Source of the DNA: Cyanophora paradoxa CCMP329
Lineage: Eukaryota > Plantae > Glaucophyta
Length of the DNA stretch: 25,558 bases
Assembly: GCA_004431415.1 (NCBI GenBank)
Contig: QPMI01000554.1
Location: forward strand, 1-25,558
Direction: 5' to 3'
Shown here: one piece after another, positions 9,600-18,100 of the stretch
Layout: every line of letters begins with the position of its first letter
Numbering within the stretch: position 1 is the first letter of the stretch
The notes under the pieces: model-generated
What the model was told of the DNA's origin: nothing
Databases searched by the model: none
The model's input: the letters and a program-made list of their open reading frames with translations, nothing else
Translations under genes and position numbers: made by a program

Positions 9600-9944
9600 A
9601 TGTCAAAGGTGCTCCTAGGGCTCTCCCAGGCTATCGTGCAGTACGCCCTCGGCCTGGCATCCGGCTCCCTCATCGACGCCGCCTTCTCCTCGCACGAAGG
9701 CGAAAATAGGGCGGGCCACGCGGCCGAGCTCGCCGCGCAAGTCGCCGTCAACGGCCTCTCCCTCGGCCTGCTCTCGAAATACGTGCTCACCCTCAAGTTC
9801 TTCGACGACGACCCCACGGGCGGAATTATGTTCATCCTCGGATTTACACACGGGCAGACGAACATGCTAATCAAGGCTACCAGCGCTAGCTTCGGAATCA
9901 AGCAGGCGCTCGAGCGGAAGGCCGCCGCGATCACTAAAGAGTAG
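9600..9944 (+). CDS. Small hydrophobic protein, candidate virion membrane/envelope protein
   Basis: Three moderately hydrophobic segments (AIVQYALGLASGSLI; LAAQVAVNGLSLGLL; GGIMFILGF); upstream motif TTTCCGAGG and AAAATG. Confidence 0.6.
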   Translation: MSKVLLGLSQAIVQYALGLASGSLIDAAFSSHEGENRAGHAAELAAQVAVNGLSLGLLSKYVLTLKFFDDDPTGGIMFILGFTHGQTNMLIKATSASFGIKQALERKAAAITKE

Positions 9945-10292
9945 CTAAAGAGTAGGAAAGAAATGCCAGTCGTTGTACTCGCAGATCCTGTTCCAAATCG
10001 AATCTAACTCCGAGAGTTTCTGCCTGCTCTTGAGCAAGGGAAAGTAGGGGAGGTGCTGGGGCAAATCTAGCAGCACGAAAATCTGCCTGAAGGATGGCGC
10101 CGTAGCGCTGGATCTGCTCAAAGTTTCGGAGGAGGAGATCGATTTCGCCAGAGTCTGCCATTCCTCCGAGTCCTCGTACTGCAGCTGCGCTATTCCCTTG
10201 CAGAAGTGGCAAACGGGCTTCGCGCAATCGAGTGGGTCCCAGCCGCAGGTGAGGCCGCAGATGTGACAGAAGGCGTTGCTCAGGTGATTCAT
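9945..10292 (-). CDS. Short VLTF3-like (poxvirus A2L-like) late transcription factor
   Basis: C-terminus LPYFPLLKSRQKLSELDSIWNRICEYNDWHFFPTL matches the NCLDV VLTF3 tail (FPLLKSxxKL...IWxxIC...WxFxPT); N-terminal CHIC...CHFC. Confidence 0.85.
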   Translation of the reverse strand: MNHLSNAFCHICGLTCGWDPLDCAKPVCHFCKGIAQLQYEDSEEWQTLAKSISSSETLSRSSATAPSFRQIFVLLDLPQHLPYFPLLKSRQKLSELDSIWNRICEYNDWHFFPTL

Positions 10293-10350
10293 GTGAGGCT
10301 CAGGTGAGGCGCAGGCGTACCCCGGGGCCCCACGTGGAAGCTCACCCTAG

Positions 10351-10371
10351 CCTCGGAAAATTTTCTAGGCC
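10351..10371. promoter_or_regulatory. Palindromic divergent promoter (VLTF3-like / HUH)
   Basis: CCTCGGAAAATTTTCTAGG gives TTTTCTAGG on + and TTTTCCGAGG on -. Confidence 0.6.
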
Positions 10372-10381
10372 TTGGTCTGAC

Positions 10382-11239
10382 ATGCTCAACCTCATCGCGA
10401 GGGGCGTAGCAGCAAACAGGCAAGCCCGCGCTCCGAACCCGCACCTCCGCATGGACGCCTCCGGCCGCTCCCGGGTAGAGACTCACATCGTGGTGGGCAA
10501 CATCAACGACAAGGTGCTGGCGCCCGACAAGACGTGGTTCCAGAAGGTGCTGGACGCGGCGCCCACCAAGACCTTCACGACGCCGTCCGGGGTAGTCGAG
10601 CAGAGGCCGCAGCGCGAGTCGAATTTTATGATCACCATCCAGACCAACTACAAGCCCCGGAGCAGGGGAGAAGGCTCCAAGGTTCAAGACGCCTTTTACA
10701 GGGGGCTGGAGGCCCTCTTCTACGACGACAGGCAGCTGGCAAAGTGCATAAAGATGGGGGTATACGCGGACAAGGCGAACCCCAAGGGTCTCGATTTTAA
10801 ATCGGACATGTACGACACGCACGTGGAGAAGGGCAACGCGAACATCGGCATCGAGTACGGGCCGCGATCGGGGCGGCTCCACGCGCACATCCTGCTCACG
10901 CTGGTGCACTACTCGCGCGTGCAATTCGACGGCAAGCGGGCGTCGGATTTCCTCATCGATTTCATGCGGACGGAGGGGCAGGGCGGCCTGCCGAATTTCT
11001 ACAAGGACGACTGGTTCGGAGAGGAGTACCAGAAGACGGCGGTGCGCCCGATACGGAGAAAGGACGCCCTCGGCATGCAGTGGACGGGCAAGGAGACGGG
11101 CTACAGGAAGCGAGAAACCGCCAGGCAGATGCACGTAGACGTAAAATTGCTCCCGCAGAGCAACCTCAAGGATCTGCTGCAGTTGTACATTACGAAGACG
11201 GTAGAGGCCCTCGAGACGGGCGCCGTAAAGCTCGTGTAA
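10382..11239 (+). CDS. HUH endonuclease (Rep-type, short form, no helicase)
   Basis: Motif I-like NFMITIQT, motif II IEYG..SGRLHAHILL, motif III LYITK; ATG at 10382 follows TTTTCTAGG. Confidence 0.82.
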   Translation: MLNLIARGVAANRQARAPNPHLRMDASGRSRVETHIVVGNINDKVLAPDKTWFQKVLDAAPTKTFTTPSGVVEQRPQRESNFMITIQTNYKPRSRGEGSKVQDAFYRGLEALFYDDRQLAKCIKMGVYADKANPKGLDFKSDMYDTHVEKGNANIGIEYGPRSGRLHAHILLTLVHYSRVQFDGKRASDFLIDFMRTEGQGGLPNFYKDDWFGEEYQKTAVRPIRRKDALGMQWTGKETGYRKRETARQMHVDVKLLPQSNLKDLLQLYITKTVEALETGAVKLV

Positions 11240-11262
11240 ATTTTTTCTTGTAGCGAATAAAT

Positions 11263-13239
11263 ATGCCTCCGAAGCGCCGAGGCCGCAAGAAGAAGCCGGA
11301 GAGCGAGTCCGAGGGGTCGGCGTACGATGAAGAAGAGGAGAAGCCAGAATCGGAATCAGAGGAAGAGGTAGAAGAGGAAGAGGCCGAGGATGAGCCGAAG
11401 CCAAAGGGGAAGCGGGGGAAGAAGATGAAGGAAAAGAAATACAACGAGCTCGATATGCCCATAGTCGAAATTCCAAAGCGGGCCGTGCTGGTCGAGGGCG
11501 AAAACGGGCAGATCATCGAAATGCAGAAGGGCATCCCGGATGTAGTTAAAATTCTCGAGGATCCGATCACGCGCGTGCAGGTACCGGAAACCAAGGCGCT
11601 CGACGCCTACTACGAAGATGCCACGTTCTGGAGCATCCACAGCAAGCAGTTCTACGACGCGCTGCCCGAGGAGCGCCTGCGGGCCATCCCGCGCGCCTTC
11701 CAGAGCGCCCAAAAATCGCCGCCCGTCTGCTACCGCTGCCTGCGCCTCATGTACGAAATCCCGAGCATACCCCGCAAAAAGGGCACCGCGGAGGCCGTCG
11801 CCGAGGCGACCGCGAAGAAGGAGGCCGCGTACGCCGATTACGCGGAAAAGGTCGACAGGGCCAACGAGTGGGCGAAGGCGCAGAGGCCGAAAAACAAGTA
11901 CCCCCCGATCAAGGACAAGAAGCCCGCGCAGCTGCCCCCGGTGTACCCGAAGAACTCGTGGCTCTGCATGCAGTGCTACCGATTCCTGGACGAGCGCGGC
12001 CTCCTCGCGAATTTGGGCCTGCAGCGGCGCAAGAGGGGCGACACCACGGCCGTGTCGGCGCAGGCGCAGAATCAGATGGCGCAGACGGTGCTGGGCGGCC
12101 CGAAGCCGAAGGCCTCGAAATCCGCCAAGGATATGGCCGCCGCCTTCGGCCAGTCGACCATCGCGCCGGGGTCGGGCCAGGAGAAAATTAGGAAGCAGGA
12201 TATCGCCGCGCCCGACATGAGCAGGATCGACGAGATCCTGAGGAAATCGACGGAGGTGAGGGAGAACATAGAAAAGACGAAAACGGGGCTGCAGGCCGCG
12301 AGGGCCAACGGGCTGGAGGCGCTCGAAAAGGTCATCACCGAAATCAACGAGACGGGTCGCTCGGTTTTCATCCTCAACAAAAAGAACGCCGACGGCAGCA
12401 CGCGCTACGATATTCGACAGGCGCGCCAGTCGCGGTACTGGGTGCTCTTCAACACACACAAGAGGCTGGGCGCCGCGAGAGAATTCGAGGTGGAGGCCTT
12501 CCGCGGCAGCCTGGCCCAGGTGCTCTCGGACGCCGAATTCTACAAGTTCATTCGATTTAATTTAAAGGAAGAGGACGGCAAGTACAAGGACGATACCTTT
12601 GCAAACGCCATCATCGGAATTCGCGTGCAGGGGGGCGTGGAAGTGGGGCCCACCGACGGCTGCTTGCACGCCCACGTGCTCGTCACGATCGATCACATAT
12701 CGAACCTGCAGGTGCTCTGGGCAAAGTACGATTGGGTCGTGGTGCTCAAGGAAAAGGAGCCGGGTACGACAACCGTCTACGAGAGGCTGGGCGAAATTCT
12801 GGCCGGCAAATTCGCGGAGGCCGGAAGGAGGCTGGTGGAGCAGCTGCAGCAAGAGGCGGGGCAGGACGCGGAGAGAATCCTGCAGAACGCGGAGCTCATC
12901 GACGACCTGAACCGAGGGAGAATCGGCATGGGAAAAGACCCGCCCACCATCCTCGCCGAGCTGATTCCGGAGGAAAATTACGGCGGGCGGCTGCAGGAGT
13001 ACCTCACGAAGACGCTGCCCGAGACGCAGCGGCGCGACCTGCTGAAGCAGTGGTCGCACGCGCGCAACCAGAATAACACCGACAACAACACGGACGGCTA
13101 CCTCTTCTCCATCTTCCAGACGGAGTCCGCCCCCTCGGACGATCCGCGCTTCGCGCCGCAGGCTGCCGAGATCGGAGGGCTGGCCGCGGGCGCGGAAAGG
13201 GCAAGGGGCGCGGAAGGGGCAGGGGCCGCGGTTAATTAA
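11263..13239 (+). CDS. HUH endonuclease, long form with acidic/basic N-terminus and split Zn finger
   Basis: SRYWVLFNT, VEVGPTDGCLHAHVLVTIDH and EYLTK parallel the neighbouring gene; N-terminal PKRRGRKKK, Glu tract, CYRC...CMQC. Confidence 0.82.
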   Translation: MPPKRRGRKKKPESESEGSAYDEEEEKPESESEEEVEEEEAEDEPKPKGKRGKKMKEKKYNELDMPIVEIPKRAVLVEGENGQIIEMQKGIPDVVKILEDPITRVQVPETKALDAYYEDATFWSIHSKQFYDALPEERLRAIPRAFQSAQKSPPVCYRCLRLMYEIPSIPRKKGTAEAVAEATAKKEAAYADYAEKVDRANEWAKAQRPKNKYPPIKDKKPAQLPPVYPKNSWLCMQCYRFLDERGLLANLGLQRRKRGDTTAVSAQAQNQMAQTVLGGPKPKASKSAKDMAAAFGQSTIAPGSGQEKIRKQDIAAPDMSRIDEILRKSTEVRENIEKTKTGLQAARANGLEALEKVITEINETGRSVFILNKKNADGSTRYDIRQARQSRYWVLFNTHKRLGAAREFEVEAFRGSLAQVLSDAEFYKFIRFNLKEEDGKYKDDTFANAIIGIRVQGGVEVGPTDGCLHAHVLVTIDHISNLQVLWAKYDWVVVLKEKEPGTTTVYERLGEILAGKFAEAGRRLVEQLQQEAGQDAERILQNAELIDDLNRGRIGMGKDPPTILAELIPEENYGGRLQEYLTKTLPETQRRDLLKQWSHARNQNNTDNNTDGYLFSIFQTESAPSDDPRFAPQAAEIGGLAAGAERARGAEGAGAAVN

Positions 13240-13256
13240 TCTGACGCGCCCGCAAG

Positions 13257-13630
13257 ATGTTCCAGGGGAATGCACCCACTCGGACGTCATCACCGTCGTA
13301 TGCGGCGCGCTCTTCCTGATTTCCGAGCTGCTGGGCGGCACGGAGCGAGTGCGCCCCAACACCGTGCTGGGCGCCCTGAAGGCGGCGGCCCTTAGGGTCG
13401 TGCGCCGCGGGCAGCCCGAGCCCGAGCCCCCGCCCGAGCAGAGGCGCGAGAGCGTCCAGAACATAGGCCCGCACCACGTGGACATTCAGATGACGCAGAC
13501 CGGTACGCGTTTTTTTCTAGAGAACATGGGAAATGGAGACTCCCGCGACACCAGCCCCCAGCGCAGAGGTTCCAGCGCCCACCAACACCAGCACCAGCAG
13601 CAGCACCACGGCCTACCCTTGGCTTCTTAG
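13257..13630 (+). CDS. Small single-TM protein (frameshift at ~13267; 3' end uncertain)
   Basis: MFQG|ECTHSDVITVVCGALFLISELLGGTERVRPNTVLGALK; the LFxISExL...N pattern resembles small viral/phage membrane proteins. Confidence 0.5.
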
Positions 13631-13889
13631 GACTTACGCGCGAAAGAAGCAGCAGCAGCCAAAGGCACCGGCGGAAATGGCGGCTGACCTGGATCGGTGC
13701 ACCCGCCGCGCCATCGCGAGCTACGCCAAGCGGGTCGAGCAGTACCACCCCCAGATGGCAGAGGACGCCCGGGCGTACGCGAAAAACCCCGCCGCGAGCC
13801 CGCCCGTGATGGCCGCCGTCATCGACCGGCTGCAGTGGGCGCTGCACGAGGAGGGAGAGCGCGTCAGGAATTTCTTCATGCCCAAGTAA
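13533..13889 (+). CDS. Hypothetical helical protein
   Basis: 118-aa ORF with GC3-biased codons; upstream TTTTTTTCTAG and AAATG. Confidence 0.65.
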   Translation: METPATPAPSAEVPAPTNTSTSSSTTAYPWLLRTYARKKQQQPKAPAEMAADLDRCTRRAIASYAKRVEQYHPQMAEDARAYAKNPAASPPVMAAVIDRLQWALHEEGERVRNFFMPK

Positions 13890-13917
13890 ATTTCTGAAAG
13901 GGGCCTTAAACCCGAGA

Positions 13918-14106
13918 ATGATGTCCCTGCCGAGCCTCGACAGCATCCTCAGCGATTCGCGCTACCTGGGCAGCCTGCTGACCCTCGGCGCCGTTGCGTA
14001 CATGTCGCCCGCGCGCTACTACCTGATGCGGATCCTCCTCGCGCAATTCGCGGGCTACTACTTCGTGGGGCCCACCCTCCTGAACATGGGACCGAAGCGG
14101 GCTTAA
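13918..14106 (+). CDS. Small hydrophobic (1-2 TM) protein
   Basis: YLGSLLTLGAVAYM and YYLMRILLAQFAGYYFVG; upstream TTTCTGAAAG. Confidence 0.65.
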   Translation: MMSLPSLDSILSDSRYLGSLLTLGAVAYMSPARYYLMRILLAQFAGYYFVGPTLLNMGPKRA

Positions 14107-14136
14107 TTTTCTGGGCCCCTCCCAAGGCCCTAAATA

Positions 14137-14586
14137 ATGTCCTGCGTTAACCTCTACGTCCAGTCGAACGGAGAGACGCAGGATTCCGAGGGCTTCTGGC
14201 GCCTGAAGCTGAACCAGATCCCCTCCGACATCGACACGCTGCAGATCAAGGGAGTCTACCTGGAGCTGGACACGACCGCGATCCCGGACCCCACCGCCGC
14301 GAAAACCGTAAACGTGCTGCTGATGGACGTGCCCGACTTGAACGTCACGACCATCTCGAACGTGAACGCGTGCATCAACAAGGTCGTGATCCCGACGTGG
14401 GGCCACGACGGCCTGGAAAACACCATCCTCTACTGGTTCGAGGTGCCCATGGCCGTGCGCCCGAATTACGTCGCGTACGACAAATTCCAGGAGCTGCGCG
14501 TGCGCTTCACGGACATCACGGGCGCCACCAAGAAGAACAACGCCTTCATCGTCAAGAACTTCGGCCTCTGGGCCTACGCTAAATAG
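14137..14586 (+). CDS. Probable single jelly-roll minor capsid/penton-like protein
   Basis: All-beta pattern LYVQS...FWRLKL..IDTLQIKGVYL...VVIP...FQELRVRFTDITG...FGL, as recalled for NCLDV/PLV minor capsid proteins. Confidence 0.6.
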   Translation: MSCVNLYVQSNGETQDSEGFWRLKLNQIPSDIDTLQIKGVYLELDTTAIPDPTAAKTVNVLLMDVPDLNVTTISNVNACINKVVIPTWGHDGLENTILYWFEVPMAVRPNYVAYDKFQELRVRFTDITGATKKNNAFIVKNFGLWAYAK

Positions 14587-14606
14587 ATTTTCGCAGGCCC
14601 CCTTAA

Positions 14607-15083
14607 ATGCGCCTGATCATATTTCCGCGGAAGGGCTCGGGCGTCAAGACGCGCACCTTTACGGGCGTGCTCGGCCACCCCTCGCCCCTTACTTACAGAG
14701 TCGATCTTGTAACCGCCTCTGGTCCAATTAAATACGGGCTGCTGCACAGCCTCAGTCACATCCGTCTCGGCGAGAGCGCATGGCAGGACTTGGCCTTAAT
14801 CGTAGAATTCGAGTACAGGGGGGTAGACACGCTAACGGGCGAGCACTTCTACAGGGTACGGGTAGCAAGGGAGGGGTACTCGCTGCCGAACGGCGCGGGC
14901 GGGGAATACTGGGAGCCGAAAATACGCGATGCCTCCGAGGCCTACCGCTGGCTGCGTGACGAGCAGATCACTATCAGGCCCGATTACCCCTACGCCGACG
15001 TTTTCTGGCAGGTGCCGGCGGGCCGCTGGACAACGGGCGAGGTGAGCGGCAAGCTGAAGTGGACGTGGGACGCGGAGCATTAG
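14607..15083 (+). CDS. Hypothetical beta-rich protein, probably structural
   Basis: 158-aa ORF with TAAATG start, located in the structural block. Confidence 0.65.
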   Translation: MRLIIFPRKGSGVKTRTFTGVLGHPSPLTYRVDLVTASGPIKYGLLHSLSHIRLGESAWQDLALIVEFEYRGVDTLTGEHFYRVRVAREGYSLPNGAGGEYWEPKIRDASEAYRWLRDEQITIRPDYPYADVFWQVPAGRWTTGEVSGKLKWTWDAEH

Positions 15084-15108
15084 TTAATTTTTCTCTCTCG
15101 CGGATAAA

Positions 15109-18100
15109 ATGTCGATGCTCGACGACCCCTGGCGCATGGCGATCCCGAATCCGGACGAGGTGCTGAACGGCGCCTTCGCGGTAGACGGGAGCCTGAGCGT
15201 GAGGGGAATTTACGCGGACGAGATAAGGCTGCGCAAGGGCGCGACCTACAGCGATTTCCTGACGTCCGTCGGTACCTTGGACGATTACGGTGACCTCACC
15301 GCAATTATCAAGGGGCTCTGGGGCGTGACGACCGAGACGGGCGTGGACTGGAACATTATCAAGAGGGCGGCCGACGTGAAAATCGCAAACTCCGTCACCG
15401 CAAAGGATGCCACCCTGAACCTCGTGAAACTGACTCTAAAGGGCGCAGAGGGAGACGTGAGGCCCGGGTACAACGCCCTCGAGCGCATCGCGGGCCCCCT
15501 GCGCCACATCTACTGGAGCCGCCAGGCGCTGCCGAGCATGGAGCCCGAGCAGTACAGGCGCGACAGGGAGGAGTTTTTCGCGTGGTTCGACCACTTCAAG
15601 GTGAACATCCGCGCCCTGAGCGCCGACAGGACGGGCGAGACGCCGGAGACGACGGGCGGGGGCCGCATCCCAACGGCACCCGACGTGCTCCCCGATCGCT
15701 CGGACTGGGCGAAGACGCAGAACTGGGCGCTGAAGGACCACTTCCACGACGAGAGGTACGCCCTCGTCAAGCACCCGCATGTGAAGGCCGACATCACGGA
15801 CTGGGCGCACCGCCACCTGTACGACGACATCATCGGCGGGCCCAAGGTGCCGGGCGCGATTCCGGGTGGGGGTACGGGCGGCGGAAGCACGGGAGGCGGG
15901 GGTACAGGGGGTGGGAGCACGGGTGGAGGGGGTACGGGGGGTGGGAGTACAGGGGGCGGGGGTACGGGCTCCAGTGGCACGCCCGTGGGAGGGGGCGGGG
16001 GTAGCAGCGGCTCGGGTGGCGGCGGCTCGGGCGGAGAGAGCGGCGGAGGGGGTACGCTCGTGCCGATCCTTGGTACAACAACGGGAATCTTCGGCGCGGC
16101 CCTGATTGCAGGCGGTGCAAAGTACTACAGGGATCGGAAGGCGTACGAAAGGGACATTGCAGAGCTGCAGAAAGATAACAAAACGATCGTTTACTCAGAC
16201 GAGCAGGTGAGAATACTGGCAGAGGAGCTGAAGACAAGGGAGCGGCAATTTAACGAAATGAGGACAGCGGCCGAGAAAAAGATAGCGGACGATTTGAAAG
16301 AGGCGAGCGATAGAATTGAGAAATCCTGGAGGCCGAGGAGAAAGCCGAGATCCGGAAGAGAGAGGCCGATAGGATCGTGGAAAACGCGATAAGGGAGGCA
16401 AAGGAGCAGGCAAGGACCGAGCTGGAGAAACTGGACATGGAAATAGCAAACAAGGTCAACATAGCAAACGAGGTCGAAGAGGGCACAAAGATGCTGGACG
16501 ATGAGCGAAAGGCAGCGGAGGAGCAAGCCAGAAAAGCAAAGGAGGATTTAAGGCAGCTCGAACTGCGAGAACAGGAGAGGCAGAAGGCAGAGGGGCTCGC
16601 ATCCACCATACGATTCAACCTAGAGCAGCAAGTGAAAACGCTGACGGCCGAGCTGCAGAGGATAGGGACGGCTGTGCCAAGGGCACAATGGAGACGCAGA
16701 CGACGCCAAGGCCCGATCCAAGGCCGGCCGCCGAGAGGCTACCCTTTGCGCGTCTGGGTAGGAGCGACCAGGTGAAAGAGCTCATCGGCCTCACGATCGA
16801 GGACCAGAGGGCCCTCTTCGATGCGTTAGAGCAGCGGCGCAGGGCAGACGAAGAGGCAGCCGCCAAGACAGAAGAGGAACGACTGAAGGCAATGCAAACT
16901 GCATCAGACGAGGAATTTGCACGGCTGGAGGAGCCAAAGGTTGCGGGGCGGAAGAGGGCCCTCGAGGCCTTCAAGAACGCCACCCTCGATGCTATGGGGG
17001 CAAAGATGCGAGAGCTGAAGAGGAACGAATCGCGCAACGGCGAGAAAATACGAGCTCTCGGGGATGACATTCACGAATTCACATATGTGATGAACCAGCT
17101 GACAGGAAGGGGCCAGAAAGACGCCGAAGAACTGAGGAGAAAGATGGCCGATGAGAAGTGGAAAAACTTTGAGCGCAAGGCAGTTCAGAGGCCCATCAGC
17201 GATGCCATCTGGATAGCATACGGCGACGCGGAGGAGATGCACCGCGAACTGCGGACGGAAGCGAGCCTATGGCGGGGGCCCTCGAATCGTCAATGTACGG
17301 GATGTACAAGCGGGAGTTTCTGGCAGAGCTGCGAGCCAATCCGAAAACGGTGAGCATCGGCGCACAGAGCGCGTACGTCGGCATGGTCAATTACGTGGAG
17401 AAGCTGAGCAAGTTTTGGGAAAAGCGAAGAGCCGTCATTCCAGCGGAGGGGCTTGCACAGTACGACGCCATGGTGCGCGATCTGGAGGCTTTAAACGTGA
17501 GCATCCACCCGCCAAATACAAGCTTTACATAGATACAACGGCGTTCATAGGCGAACTAAGGAAGAGAGGAGACGAGGCCAAGAGTCAGATCGAGGAGCGC
17601 TACAGAAAGGCCCAAGCGGACAAGAGTACGCAAACAGGGTGATTGAAGAGCGGAAGCAGCAGGCGAAGGAGAACGCGGCGAGACGCAACGCCGAGATAGA
17701 AGAGCAGAGGAGGAAGATCGCAGAGCGCAAGGCGGCAGAGGAGGAGGCGAGAAAAACAAAGGTAGAAACAGAGTACCAAGCCTTGAAGCGGGAGGCCAAT
17801 CAAATATTAAAACGAAGGGGAAGGGCGTACGCCGATGAGGGCGCGGGCGTCGGCTTGGCCAGCCCAGACGACATCACACTCGCGGAGAGGACGACGTTTC
17901 CGTGGAGGAGATGCGCCCGGCACCGCCCGCCTGCCCTCCGAGGCGTGTTTCAGACGCTCGACAGGCGCGTGATGGGCGACTCGGACGTTATTTTGCGCAA
18001 CGCCCTGATGCCCTACGGCGACTGGAACCGCGCCACCGCCGACGCCTTGCGGATTTCGACCTCGAGCGATTCACCACCAAAGAGCAGCGCGACGCCTACC

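Noticed and set aside
10382-13239. Helitron or CRESS-virus Rep insertion
   Set aside because: No PIF1/SF3 helicase motifs; both genes carry the same upstream motif as the surrounding viral genes.
10289-13485. Long antisense ORFs (10289..11476, 11356..12459, 12562..13485) and similar ones across the window
   Set aside because: Shadow ORFs expected from high GC3; no recognisable motifs or promoter.
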